This document shows, in pieces, positions 51,791 through 64,000 of a DNA stretch of 64,000 nt. The stretch is taken from assembly GCF_963921235.1 (NCBI RefSeq), contig NC_086097.1, positions 156,490,001 through 156,554,000 on the forward strand, written 5' to 3'. Numbering within the stretch: the stretch's first letter is position 1; each line of letters opens with the position of its first letter. Under the pieces are notes generated by a model. That model saw only the letters and a list, made by a program, of their open reading frames with translations. It made no database searches and was not told where the DNA came from. Source of the DNA: Mobula hypostoma (taxonomy: Eukaryota). The position numbers and the translations under genes were made by a program.

Positions 51791-52729
51791 GCAACTCAGA
51801 TAAGGCACACCAAAGCAGTTTGGGAGCAAACCTACTCTGACTAAAACAAAATTATTATTTCCATATAAGACTAACCATAATCTGTTTTGAGCCCAAATTT
51901 ATGCCTGGAAAAAGAGAAAAAAGCCATTAATTCTTCCTTATCATTCTATGATTATTCTAATATATTTCCTGATTTACATTGTTTGGTTTCTTTGCATGCC
52001 TTGTGGCACATTGGGTGGCATATTTGCCATATCCTTAGCATTTGTCTGTTCTTTTTTAAGCCCATTTGCTAGCTCGATGCTCAGCCCAGCACAGATTCAA
52101 ACTCAGGATCATTTGAACCTGGAACCATATGCCTCGAAGTCCATTGGTGATGCCACTACACCAACAGCCAGCTTATTTACATGATCATGTTTTATCTGCT
52201 TAAGAATTCTCAAAAGAAATTAAAAACAGATGAGGTATCAAAATGAACTGTCAAATCAGTGCTGTCCATTGAGCAATTTTGTCAAAGCGGACTTACTTTG
52301 CCCTCACTCTCCTGAAATAGAATCTAATGGTGATATTAATAACTGAGTTTCTCAGTACCAATTATCACCAGATATCGATCTAATCCTCTTTCTAATCATC
52401 AATACACTCTAAATAAGTTCTTTTCTTGGGATTTATTCAATAAATACACTAACCTATATGACATACGGTTCTTTTATAATACCTTATCATGAAGATGTGT
52501 GAAGCTTATGGTTGTATCATTGAACCTTACTGTTCAAGTTACAAAAACTTCTATCTTCAAATGTTGCTGTTTTGTTAAAGTTAAAGCATATTTGGTTGAA
52601 ACATCTCTAACATATAGATGATTAGTCCCTTACTTTCATTCAAGTATTTTGTTTCCTCTGCCTCCTTCCTCTTCTTCAACCTCAGTGTAGGCCTAAGTGA
52701 AATTTCTGGTTTTCTTGGTTTTCTTTTAG

Positions 52730-52762
52730 TTAAAACTAGTCTCTCACAATTAGAGTTTGCTG
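52730..52762 (+). other. Candidate 33-nt microexon (x-KTSLSQLEFA, phase 1-1)
   Basis: Long pyrimidine tract tttctggttttcttggttttcttttAG and donor CTG|GTAATT. Confidence 0.4.
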
Positions 52763-53223
52763 GTAATTCACTGAGATATTTCATCAACTCAATAAATCAA
52801 ACAGGGTTTAAATCAGCTTAAAATAAAACAGGAACAATGATAATTCCACAGTACATTCCTGATGAAGATGTTACAGAATGATTAATGCAGTAGATAGACC
52901 AGGAAAGGAGCAAGAAGTGGATAATTAAATGGAGATTTTAATTTTAAATAAATTGCAATCATTTATTTTCATTCAAAAACATAAAAAATAATGAGCTATG
53001 GCTGTATTTATTTGTTTCATCATTTCAATGAGTTATTGCACGGGATTATCAGGAATAGGAATCCATTAAGATATTCTTAATTAAACTATAGTGCTCTACT
53101 AAAAGTCTAGAAACAACGTACTTGAATTTAATTGGATTTCTTGAAACTTTCTTGGATAAGTAAAACAATGTTCTAACTCATGTTATGAGAAGATTTGTCA
53201 CTGCTGTAATTTTTACTCAATAG

Positions 53224-53241
53224 CAATGTTATAATTATGAG
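53224..53241 (+). other. Candidate 18-nt microexon
   Basis: TTCTAAC upstream, then ctgctgtaatttttactcaatAG | CAATGTTATAATTATGAG | GTAAGA. Reads QCYNYE, NVIIM or AML* depending on phase. Confidence 0.45.
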
Positions 53242-53667
53242 GTAAGATTATCTTTGAAGATGATACCTAGTAGAATATTCAAAATATCAAGTGGCAAATT
53301 AATTTAACAAATGCTTTGCTAAATTGTCTTCAACGAAGCAACTAATGCCATATATTTAACATGCATCTTCAATATTTTAAGGTGTATTGACTGACCTTAC
53401 CATTGAATGCAAAATTAACTATTAGCACCACTGCATCTAGCTTGTCAAGGCCTGATTCAGAGATTTCACCTCTACTGTTAACTCTTCCTATTACTTTTCT
53501 GGCATAAGAAGATCAATCCCTGCAGACTGATCACACGTGTCTCTCTTCCTAACATTGCTGATAAGAAATACATTGCAGACTTTGGGGGGAAAATGGTGGA
53601 GCCCGCTATTTTAAAGGCTTATTAAACAAAATTAGAGCACATTGTATTGAGGGTACGATACTTAAAT

Positions 53668-55553
53668 ATAGAAACATAGAAACATAGAAAATAGGTGTAG
53701 GAGTAGGCCATTCGGCCCTTCGAGCCTGCACCGCCATTTATTATGATCATGGCTGATCATCCAACTCAGAACCCCGCCGCAGCCTTCCCTCCATACCCCC
53801 TGACCCCCGTAGCCACAAGGGCCATATCTAACTCCCTCTTAAATATAGCCAATGAACTGGCCTCAACAGTTTGCTGTGGCAGAGAATTCCACAGATTCAC
53901 CACTCTCTGTGTGAAGAAGTTTTTCCTAATCTCGGTCCTAAAAGGCTTCCCCTCTATCCTCAAACTGTGACCCCTCGTTCTGGACTTCCCCAACATCTGG
54001 AACAATCTTCCTGCATCTAGCCTGTCCAATCCCTTTAGGATCTTATACGTTTCAATCAGATCCTCCCTCAATCTTCTAAATTCCAACGAGTACAAGCCCA
54101 ATTCATCCAGTCTTTCTTCATATGAAAGTCCTGCCATCCCAGGAATCAATCTGGTGAACCTTCTTTGTACTCCCTCTATGGCAAAGATGTCCTTCCTCAG
54201 ATTAGGGGACCAAAACTGCACACAATACTCCAGGTGTGGTCTCACCAAGGCCTTGTACAACTGCAGTAGTACCTCCCTGCTCCTGTACTCGAATCCTCTC
54301 GCTATAAATGCCAGCATACCATTCGCCTTTTTCACCGCCTGCTGTACCTGCACGCCCACTTTCAATGACTGGTGTATAATGACACCCAGGTCTCGTTGCA
54401 CCTCCCCTTTTCCTAATCGGCCACCATTCAGATAATAATCTGTTTTCCTATTTTTGCCACCAAAGTGGATAACTTCACATTTATCCACATTAAATTGCAT
54501 CTGCCATGAGTTTGCACACTCACCCAACCTATCCAAGTCACCCTGCATCCTCTTAGCATCCTCCTCACTGCTAACACTGCCACCCAGCTTCGTGTCATCC
54601 GCAAACTTGGAGATGCTGCATTTAATTCCCTCATCCAAGTCATTAATATATATTGGAAACAACTGGGGTCCCAGCACTGAGCCTTGCGGTACCCCACTAG
54701 TCACCGCCTGCCATTCTGAAAAGGTCCCCTTTATTACCACTCTTTGCTTCCTGTCTGCTAACCAATTCTCCACCCACACCAATACCTTACCCCCAATACC
54801 GTGTGCTTTAAGTTTGTACACTAATCTCCTGTGTGGGACCTTGTCAAAAGCCTTTTGAAAATCCAAATATACCACATCCACTGGTTCTCCCCTATCCACT
54901 CTACTAGTTACATCCTCAAAAAATTCTATGAGATTCGTCAGACATGATTTTCCTTTCACAAATCCATGCTGACTTTGTCCGATCATTTCACCGCTTTCCA
55001 AATGTGCTGTCATCACATCCTTGATAACTGACTCCAGCAGTTTCCCCACCACCGATGTTAGGCTAACCGGTCTATAATTCCCCGGTTTCTCTCTCCCTCC
55101 TTTTTTAAAAAGTGGGGTTACATTAGCCACCCTCCAATCCTCAGGAACTAGTCCAGAATCTAACGAGTTTTGAAAAATTATCACTAATGCATCCACTATT
55201 TCTTGGGCTACTTCCTTAAGCACTCTAGGATGCAGACCATCTGGCCCTGGGGATTTATCTGCCTTCAATCCCTTCAATTTACCTAACACCACTTCCCTAC
55301 TAACATGTATTTCACTCAGTTCCTCCATCTCACTGGACCCTCTGTCCCTTACTATTTCTGGAAGATTATTTATGTCCTCCTTAGTGAAGACAGAACCAAA
55401 GTAATTATTCAATTGGTCTGCCATGTCCTTGCTCCCCATAATCAATTCACCTGTTTCTGTCTGCAGGGGACCTACCTACATTTGTCTTTACCAGTCTTTT
55501 CCTTTTTACATATCTATAAAAGCTTTTACAGTCCGTTTTTACGTTCTCTGCCA
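53668..55553 (-). mobile_element. Young CR1 LINE, 5'-truncated, nested in an older + strand CR1 (about 53580-56010)
   Basis: Uninterrupted 559-aa RT ORF (53766-55445) and (TTTCTATG)n tail. The flanks read LLNKIRAH.IEG..L on one side and QQRVG on the other, from an older CR1. Confidence 0.96.
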
Positions 55554-56414
55554 TGATGATTAGTGAACAGACAGCAGAGAGTAGGTCACGTGCAGGTTGG
55601 GAGGCTCCATTAGTTATGTACCACAAAACTTGGTGTGGGGTTCTCGTTATTCTTCTTCTATGTCAAAGAAGTAACTGAGGAGACTAAGTGTAATATATTC
55701 AGTGTAGACAGATAGAGATTATTGGGTAATAGTGTAAGTAGTGAGAATGATGCAAAGAGCTTTCTGGGGAACATAGACAGGCTAAGTGAATGGGTGAAGG
55801 CATAATAGATGGAATATTATTTGGAAAAAATGTAATTTTTCATATCAGTAGGTAAGAAGAGTATTTTTTTTAATTCAGAAAAGCTAAAAATATGAGACCT
55901 GTGAGTCCTTGTGTATGAATCTCTGAAAGCTGCACGTGGGTACAGTGAGCAATTAGGTGGGAAAGTGGAATGTTGGCCTTTATTGCTAGAGGATGTGTGT
56001 ACAAGACCATGCCTAGAATGTTGAGTAGCTCAAAGTGAATTAATTATTGAAGTATGTATATGTTACCATATACTACTATGAGATTCATCTTCTTGCAGAC
56101 ATTTACAGGAAAAGAAGAAATATAATAGAATTTTACAAAGAGCTATACATTCACAAAGACTGACAAGTCTGTAATGTAATGACATTGGGTTCACTCTCTG
56201 CAAAGCCCTGTAGTGCTCAAAAGATGATTTTAAGCCCTATCCAATATGGATACCAATGGGTACTCTTACTATACAGAGGTTATACTGTACCACAAGGACT
56301 AGCTTGCTCCATATATAGTCTCTGCAGTGAGGTCTAACTGCCAATATCCACTGCTTGGGCAGTGAGTACCACCGCCCCACCAAAGAGGAGATACTACCAG
56401 CTAACAAAATTGTT

Positions 56415-56450
56415 AGTCCTGACGAAGGGTCTCGGCCTGAAACGTCGACT
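56415..56450 (+). ncRNA. Minimal type I hammerhead ribozyme motif (core and stem I intact)
   Basis: AGTC-CTGACGA-AGGGTCTCGGCCT-GAAA-CGTC-GACT. Stem I is AGTC/GACT. Predicted cleavage after C56446. Confidence 0.78.
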
Positions 56451-56556
56451 GCACCCCTTCCTAGAGATGCTGCCTGGCCTGCTGTGTTCACCAGCAACTT
56501 TTATGTGTGCTGCTTGATTTTCCAGCATCTGCAGAATTCCTGTTGTTTGCGTTTTT
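56415..56556 (+). mobile_element. 142-bp Penelope tail insertion (hammerhead plus tail only)
   Basis: Flanked by AAAATTGTT (56406-56414 and 56557-56565). Nearly identical to the 3' ends of the longer Penelope copies. Confidence 0.88.
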
Positions 56557-57849
56557 AAAATTGTTTAAACGTAGTTTGTCTTATTTTTAGTGATGCATGT
56601 CTAAATTTAGACAAATAGTTCTTAACACACATTTAAAACTCACAGATTTATTATTTATCAGCAATTTCCAAATTGCAAAAGATTTATAAACTACAAAGAA
56701 TTTCAAAACACAAGTACAATTCTTATGAACTAAAGGAACATCCTAATGAGTTGCAAATGAATGAGTTGTCTGTCGCATAAATCAAATGATGAGGAATGAA
56801 TTCTAGTTCTTCTTTCTGCCATCCCATCTTTCTGTTATTCTCTTTGTCATTCCAAATAATCCCCAATGTTTTCTAACATTTTTACTCGTTTGCTACTAGT
56901 TGACGTTATTTGTCCATGATATTCCTCAGATACATTTCTGGTGAAAAAAGTAATTCACGTAGATAGTATAAAGACTATGGTTGAAAAAGATCCCAGACAC
57001 CCACAATTGGTGCTGTGAGGGCACAAATATCTTAGCTTTTGATTGATAATACCCGTGACCATCATTGATGTGCTAAGTGACAAAATAAGCCTGGTCTGGA
57101 ACCTTCCCTCATCTCTATCACAATGAAGCAAATAACTTAGCTGTAGATTTATTTATTTATTGTTTGTTTATTTATTTATTGAGATACAGTGCAGGATCGG
57201 CCCTGCTGGTGGTTTGAGCTGGCTGCCCAGCAACCCACAATTTAATTCTCGCCTAATCACAGGATAATTTACAATGACCAATTAAGCTACGAACTTATAT
57301 GTCTTTGGACTGCGGGAGGAAACCAGAGCACCCAGAGAAAACTCACACATTCCAGGGGAATGACATTCAGACTCCTTACAGATGACATCAGAATTGAACT
57401 TCAAGCTCTGAAATCCTGAGCTGTAATAGCATTGCCCTTAACCTCTACATTACTATGACACCCAGACAAGATAACTGGTTTGACATAGACCAATTAACAT
57501 GAATTCAATGTCTTATGTTTAGCTACTGTAGACAAGAAATATCATGGTCACTTCACTTTGCAAACCATATCTCTTAGCAGCCTACCCCCCTCCCATTGTT
57601 GGCCAGCAGCCTGTGCTCTGTATCACTCTTTGCAAAGCTATGCTTTTAACTTCAAACTGATTATTCATTAGAATTTATGTTAAGAACTGAAGACTGAGTC
57701 TTGATTACAGAAAGAAGCTGAGCAAGTAATATCTGTTAGAAGTTCAACTTTGACAGCAACAACTCTGACCCTTTGGAAGGGTCAAGCTGCTGTACCAGAA
57801 AGCTGAGGTTAGCAATAAGCCTCTTGTGTCCAGGAAAGTGAATATACGC

Positions 57850-58400
57850 CACAGTAGATCATAAAATCAGTTCAGATTATTGGTGAATGAGATAACCCAC
57901 GCCAAATCAGGAGCCTGATGTTTGTAGAATAATTATCCATTCATGAATGTGGTGGTGCGGAACCTAAGGCTTCTACTCAATGGTAGTAGCGTGAAGAGGG
58001 CATGGCATGGATGGTGGGGTCTTTAAAGGTGAATGCTGCTTTTTTCTGGCAGTTCTCCATGCAAATATTCTCAAAGGTAGGAAGAGCTTTACCTGTAATA
58101 GACTGATAAGTTGATGCCAAAGAAATTAGAGATACTCCTAATGATATCTTTGCCTCATGAACCTTTAGTTTCTTCCTCCTGTAGTGGATAACCAGCTCTT
58201 TAATTTTGCTGATGTTGTACGAGAGGTTGTCATTGTGGTACCATTCAAACATATTTTCAATCCCTCTCCTACAAGCCGTTTCATCACCACTTTTGATTCA
58301 GCCAACAACAGTAGTGTCAACATCAAACTTAAATATGACATTGGAACTGTACTTTGCTACACAATCGTAAGCATAAAGTGACTAGAGCCATAGAGCAATT
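57850..58400 (-). mobile_element. Old Rex1/Babar-type fragment
   Basis: KFDVDTTV and W..DNLS.NISKIKELVI.YR motifs. Confidence 0.6.
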
Positions 58401-58869
58401 TGCCTCTGTAAATTGCTTCTAATATGTAGGTGAGTGGTAACATCTAGGGCAATTACTGAGCATGTGGAGAAAATAGGATTGGATTGGTGACGGATTATTA
58501 TAAATGAGTGTTTGGTGGTTGGCACAGTCCTCATGGACTCCAGGCCATTTTCTGTGCCATACATCTCCATGACCTTATCACTCTATGCTCAGAGCAGTCA
58601 GGCAGATCACTGTAGTAGTTGAACCATAATTCAGCTACTGTGCACTGTTGGTGGAGGAAATTAAGGTGGTTGACGGCATGCCAGTCAAGCAGATTCTTTT
58701 GTTCAACATAACGTTGAGAACGTTGAGAGTTATTTGTGATGTTTTCATCCAGGTAAAGAACAGCATTCTGGTCACATTCTCAATTTGTGTCTTGCAGATA
58801 ATGTCAGGAGATGAATCACTTGCAGCTGAATACCAAGCATCCGATCTGGTCTTGTCACAACTGGAAACA

Positions 58870-59595
58870 TGGAAAGGTTCAAAGTAAATTTTATTATCAG
58901 AGTGCATATATGTCACCACATCCAACCAGGAGATTCATTTTCCTGCGGGCATACTCAGCAGTCTTTAGAAAATTAACTGTAACAGGATCAATGAAGGGTC
59001 AACCAGAGTGCAGAAGACAGCAAACTGCAAATATAAATATTAATAAGTAGCAATAACTTAACGAAAACATGAAATAACAAGATAAGGAGTCCTTAATGTG
59101 AGATAATTGGTTCTGGGAAGATCTCAATGGATAGACATGTGAGCGTAGTTATTCCCTTTTGTTCAAGAGCCTGATGGTTGTGGAGTAGTCACTCTTCTTG
59201 AACTTGGCGGTACAAGTCCTGACAGTCTTGTACCTTCTACCTGATGGCAGCAGCAACAAAAGAGCATGGTCTGCCTGGTGAGGATCTCTGATGATGGATG
59301 CTGCTTTCAAACAACACTGTTTCATGTAGATGTGCTCAATGGTTGGGACAATTTTACCTGTGATGTATCAAGCCAAATCCACAACCTTTTGTAGGATTTT
59401 CTGCGTAAAGGCATTGGTGTTTCCATACCATGCTATGATACAGCCAGTCAATATGTTCTCCACTACACATCTATAGCAGTTTCTCAAAGTTTTGGATGTC
59501 ATTCTGAATCTCTGCAGACTACTAAGGCAGTAGAGGCACAGCCGCGTTTTCTTCGTAATTGCATTTACAGTATGTGCCATGTCCAGGACAGGTCA
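58870..59595 (-). mobile_element. Rex1/Babar 3' fragment
   Basis: YRCVVENILTGCIIAWYGN...LQKVV motif and a matching 3' UTR. Confidence 0.75.
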
Positions 59596-59710
59596 TCTGA
59601 AATCAGAATCAAGTTTAATATCACCAATGTATGTTGTGAAATTTGTTAACTTTTGCAGTAGTAGTCCAATGCAATACATGATAAATACAGAAAAAAATGA
59701 AGTCCATACT

Positions 59711-59828
<118 letters not shown>

Positions 59829-59969
59829 AAATAGTTAAATCAAAGTAAGTCGTGTGGCAGTGTTCACGAGTTCAATGTCCTTTAGGAATCATACAGCAGA
59901 GGGGAAGCAACACACATTAAAGTTGCTGGTGAACGCAGCAGGCCAGGCAGCATCTCTAGGAAGAGGTGC

Positions 59970-60005
59970 AGTCGACGTTTCAGGCTGAGACCCTTCGTCA
60001 GGATT
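59970..60005 (-). ncRNA. Minimal type I hammerhead ribozyme motif (core intact) in the Penelope 3' UTR
   Basis: Reverse complement AATC-CTGACGA-AGGGTCTCAGCCT-GAAA-CGTC-GACT. Same strand as the ORF. Confidence 0.72.
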
Positions 60006-62285
60006 AACTGAAGGAAGAGTGAGTAAGGGATTTGAAAGTTGGAGGGGGAGGGGGAGATCCAAAATGATAGGAGAAGACAGGAGGGGGAGGGATAGAGCTG
60101 AGAGCTGGACAGGTGATAGGCAAAAGGGGATACGAGAGGATCATGGGACAGGAGGTCCGGGAAGAAAGACAAGGTGGGGGGACCCAGAGGATGGGCAAGA
60201 GGTATATTCAGAGGGACAGAGGGAGAAAAAGGAGAGTGAGAGAAAGAATGTGTGCATAAAAATAAGTAACAGATGGGGTACGAGGGGGAGGTGAGGCCTT
60301 AGCGGAAGTTAGAGAAGTCGATGTTCATGCCATCAGGTTGGAGGCTACCCAGATGGAATATAAGGTGTTGTTCCTCCAACCTGAGTGTGGCTTCATCTTT
60401 ACAGTAGAGGAGACCATGGATAGACATGTCAGAATGGGAATGGGATGTGGAATTAAAATGTGTGGCCACTGGGAGATCCTGCTTTCTCTGGCAGACAGAG
60501 GGTAGATGTTCAGCAAAGCGGTCTCCCAGTCTGCGTCGGGTCTCGCCAATATATAAAAGGCCACATCGGGAGCACCGGACGCAGTATATCACCCCAGCCG
60601 ACTCACAGGTGAAGTGTTGCCTCACCTGGAAGGACTGTTTGGGGCCCTGAATGGTGGTAACGGAGGAAGTGTAAGGGCATGTGTAGCACTTGTTCCGCTT
60701 ACACGGATAAGTGCCAGGAGGGAGATCAGTGGGGAGGGATGGGGGGGACGAATGGACAAGGGAGGTGCGTTGGGAGCGATCTCTGCGGAATACAGAGGGG
60801 GGGGGAGGGAAAGATGTGCTTAGTGGTGGAATCCCGTTGGAGGTGGCGGAAGTTACGGAGAATAATATGTTGGACCCGGAGGCTGGTGGGGTGGTAGGTG
60901 AGGACCAGGGGAACCCTATTCCTAGTGGGGTGGCGGGAGGATGGAGTGAGAGCAGATGTACGTGAAATGGGGGAGATGCGTTTAAGAGCAGAGTTGATAG
61001 TGGAGGAAGGGAAGTCCCTTTCTTTAAAAAAGGAAGACATCTCCCTCGTCCTAGAATGAAAATCCTCATCCTGAGAGCAGATGCGGTGGAGACGGAGGAA
61101 TTGTGAGAAGGGGATGGCATTTTTGCAAGAGGCAGAGTGAGAAGAGGAATAGTCCAGATAGCTGTGAGAGTCAGTAGGCTTATAGTAGACATCAGTGGAT
61201 AAGCTGTCTCCAGAGACAGAGACAGAAAGATCTAGAAAGGGGAGGGAGGTGTCGGAAATGGACCAGGTAAACTTGAGGGCAGGGTAAAAGTTGGAGGCAA
61301 AGTAAATAAAGTCAACGAGTTCCGCATGTGTGCAGGAAGCAGCGCCAATGCAGTCGTCGATGTAGCGAAGGAAAAGTGGGGGACAGATACCAGAATAGGC
61401 ACGGAACATAGATTGTTCCACAAACCCAACAAAAAGGCAGGCATAGCTAGGACCCATACGGGTGCCCATAGCTACACCTTTAGTTTGGAGGAAGTGGGAG
61501 GAGCCAAAGGAGAAATTATTAAGAGTAAGGACTAATTCCGCTAGACGGAGCAGAGTGGTGGTAGAGGGGAACTGATTAGGTCTGGAATCCAAAAAGAAGC
61601 GTAGAGCTTTGAGACCTTCCTGATGGGGGATGGAAGTATATGAGGACTGGACATCCATGGTGAAAATAAAGCGGTGGGGGCCAGGGAATTTAAAATCATC
61701 GAAAAGTTTAAGAGCATGAGAAGTGTCATGAACATAGGTAGGAAGGGATTGAACAAGGGGTGATAAAACCGTGTCGAGGTATGCAGAAATGAGTTCGGTG
61801 GGGCAGGAGCAAGCTGAGACAATAGGTCGGCCAGGACAGGCAGGTTTGTGGATCTTGGGTAGGAGGTAGAAACGGGAAGTGCGGGGTGTGGGAACTATAA
61901 GGTTGGTAGCAGTGGATGGGAGATCCCCTGAGCGGATAAAGTCGGTGATGGTGTGGGAGACAATGGCCTGGTGCTCCTTAGTGGGGTCACGATCGAGGGG
62001 TAAATAAGAGGAGGTATCCGCGAGTTGTCGCTGTGCCTCGGCAAGGTAGAGGTCAGTACGCCAGACTACAACAGCACCCCCCTTATCGGCGGGTTTAATA
62101 ATAAGGTTAGGATTAGTGCGGAGGGAGAGGAGAGCAGAGCGTTCCGAAGGAGTGAGGTTGGAATGGGAACAAGGTGTGGTGAAGTCGAGACGGTTGATGT
62201 CCCATTGGCAGTTAGCAATAAAGAGATCCAGAGCAGGCAGAAGACCAGAGCGGGGTGTCCATGAAGAAGAGGAGGGTTGAAGACT

Positions 62286-62495
62286 GGAGAAGGGGTCATC
62301 AGTGGGGGTGGAAGAGTCCTTGCTGAAGAAGTAGGGATGGGAGAAGGGGTCATCGGTGGGGGTGAAAGAGTCCTTGCCGAAGAAGTAGGACGGGAGAAGG
62401 GGTCATCGGTGGGGGTGGAAGAGTCCTTGCCGAAGAAGTAGGACGGGAGAAGGGGTCATCGGTGGGGGTGGAAGAGTCCTTGCAGAAGAAGTAGG
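62286..62495 (-). repeat. About four tandem copies of a 53-bp unit at the Penelope 5' junction
   Basis: Unit GGGAGAAGGGGTCATCGGTGGGGGTGGAAGAGTCCTTGCCGAAGAAGTAGGAC. Confidence 0.93.
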
Positions 62496-62559
62496 TGAAG
62501 AAGCTGTTCCTGAATTGCTGAGTGTGTGTGACTTAAGGCTTCTGTAACACACATAGTAA

Positions 62560-63600
62560 TACGCAGGAATTTAAAGTTGCTAACCTTCTCCAATTCTGAT
62601 CCTCCAATAAGAACTGGCTCACGAACAGACCTTTGGTTTCCTTCCCCTGAAGTTTATGATCAGTTCCTTGGACTTGCTGTCATTGAGTGAAAGATTGTTG
62701 TTACACCACCCAGCTTAATTTTCAGTCTCCCTCCTGTATGCTGATTCATCACCACCTTCGATACAGCCTGCAACAGTCGTGTCAAAGTTGAATATGGAAC
62801 TGTGCTTAGTCACCCGGTCATGGGTGTAAAATGAGTAGAGCAGGGAGCTAAGCACACAGCACTGCAGCGTGCCTGTGCTGATGGAGAATGTGGACGAGAT
62901 GCTTTTGCCAATCTGAACTGAATGGGGTCTACAAGTCAGGAATTCCAGGATCCAATTGCACAAGGATGTAACGGGCCAAGGTTTTGCAGCTTATTGATTA
63001 GTTTTGAGGGGATTATGGTATTAAATGCTGCACTGTAATCGATAAAGAGCATTCTGGCATTCTGATGTATGCATGTTTGCTATCCAGATGTTTTAGGGTT
63101 GTGGTGAAGAGCCAGTGAGATGGCTTCTGCTGTGGACCTAGTGACCTGGTAAGCAATTTGGAGCAGATCCAAGTCACCTCTCAAGCAGGAGCTGATGTGT
63201 TTCATCACCAGCCTCTCAAAACACTTCATCACTGTGGATGTAATTGCATCTGGGTGATAGTCACTGAGGCAGCTCACCATACTGTTGTTAGGCACCAATA
63301 AATTTGAAGCCTGTTTGAAGCAGGTGGCACCACGCACGACCGAAGAGAAAGGTTAAAGACACCAGTGAACAGAGCAGCCAGTTGGTCAGTACATTTATTT
63401 CGTATGTAGCCAGGCGCCCGATTCAGTCTGGTTGGTTTCCGTGGATTCACCCCCCCGAACGTAGCCGGCACACCAACCTGAGATACTGCAATCAAAGGGT
63501 CATCATGAAATGTGCGGCTCGTGATGGTTCCTCCATGTTCTGATGGTCAAAGTGAGCATAGAAGACATTGTGCTCATCTGGAAGCAAAGCCCTGCTGTAC
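62560..63600 (-). mobile_element. Degenerate Rex1/Babar LINE fragment
   Basis: [33 protein letters not shown] and LS.LLYS.YTHD motifs. Confidence 0.82.
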
Positions 63601-64000
63601 CTCATGTTGCTTGATTTAACATGGAGGTAGTCTAGTTGAAGTTCTAATCACAGTGGCAATTCCCAAGTTATTGATACTGTGGACTCATTAATGGTATTGA
63701 CACAGAATATAGAAGGTAAAAAGTTTGATTATCTCTTGTTAAAAATGATCATTGCCTTAAGCCTTTTCAGAAAATATTCTTCTTACACCTTTTCAGCTCA
63801 TGTTGACTGCTTAACATTCCTCTTATTGGTGTGTTGAGTAGTCACAGATCTAGAAAAAAATAGTCAGCCATTCAAGATTGAGCTGACAACAGTTTTGTTC
63901 ACCTAAAGAATAGTAGTGGAAGTTCATTGCTAGCAAATATCAAGACAAAAATCTATAACTGACCAGAATTTATCTGGCTCTAGTAAATCTCTTAATTCAT

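Larger units (their letters stand above)
59908..62495 (-). mobile_element. Penelope-like element (Neptune-type), 5'-truncated, RT plus GIY-YIG
   Basis: KPADKGGAVV, FYLLPKIHK..RPIVS, QTKGVAMG, RYIDD, Cys linker and GVIYC..YIGET motifs. One frameshift near the G-run at about 60800. Inserted in a Rex1-type 3' UTR. Confidence 0.96.

Noticed and set aside
52581..52787. Lys/Arg-rich - strand ORF with a GTAAGG donor-like site
   Set aside because: All frames from the nearest good acceptor contain stops. The basic composition mirrors the + strand pyrimidine tract. Not fully excluded.

Overview
This is eukaryotic, repeat-dominated vertebrate DNA. The repeat repertoire suggests a cartilaginous fish such as a ray, but that is inference. 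No intact host gene, rRNA, true tRNA or CRISPR array is visible. Most long ORFs belong to transposable elements: CR1 LINEs (young and old, on both strands), Rex1/Babar LINEs, RTE LINEs, Neptune-type Penelope-like elements (RT plus GIY-YIG), four solo LTRs with target-site duplications (TSDs), an internally deleted hAT transposon, mariner and Tc1 derivatives, and SINEs, often nested. The notable signals are: (1) a family of minimal type I hammerhead ribozyme motifs in the Penelope 3' tails, including a 142-bp TSD-flanked insertion of little more than the ribozyme and its tail; (2) a series of + strand candidate microexons (14, 27, 51, 33 and 18 nt) suggesting the window is mostly intron of an unidentified gene; (3) an RTE insertion with a twin-priming-type 5' inversion; (4) a palindromic mariner MITE built from two 3' ends; and (5) minisatellites that arose at the 5' truncation junctions of a CR1 and a Penelope copy.
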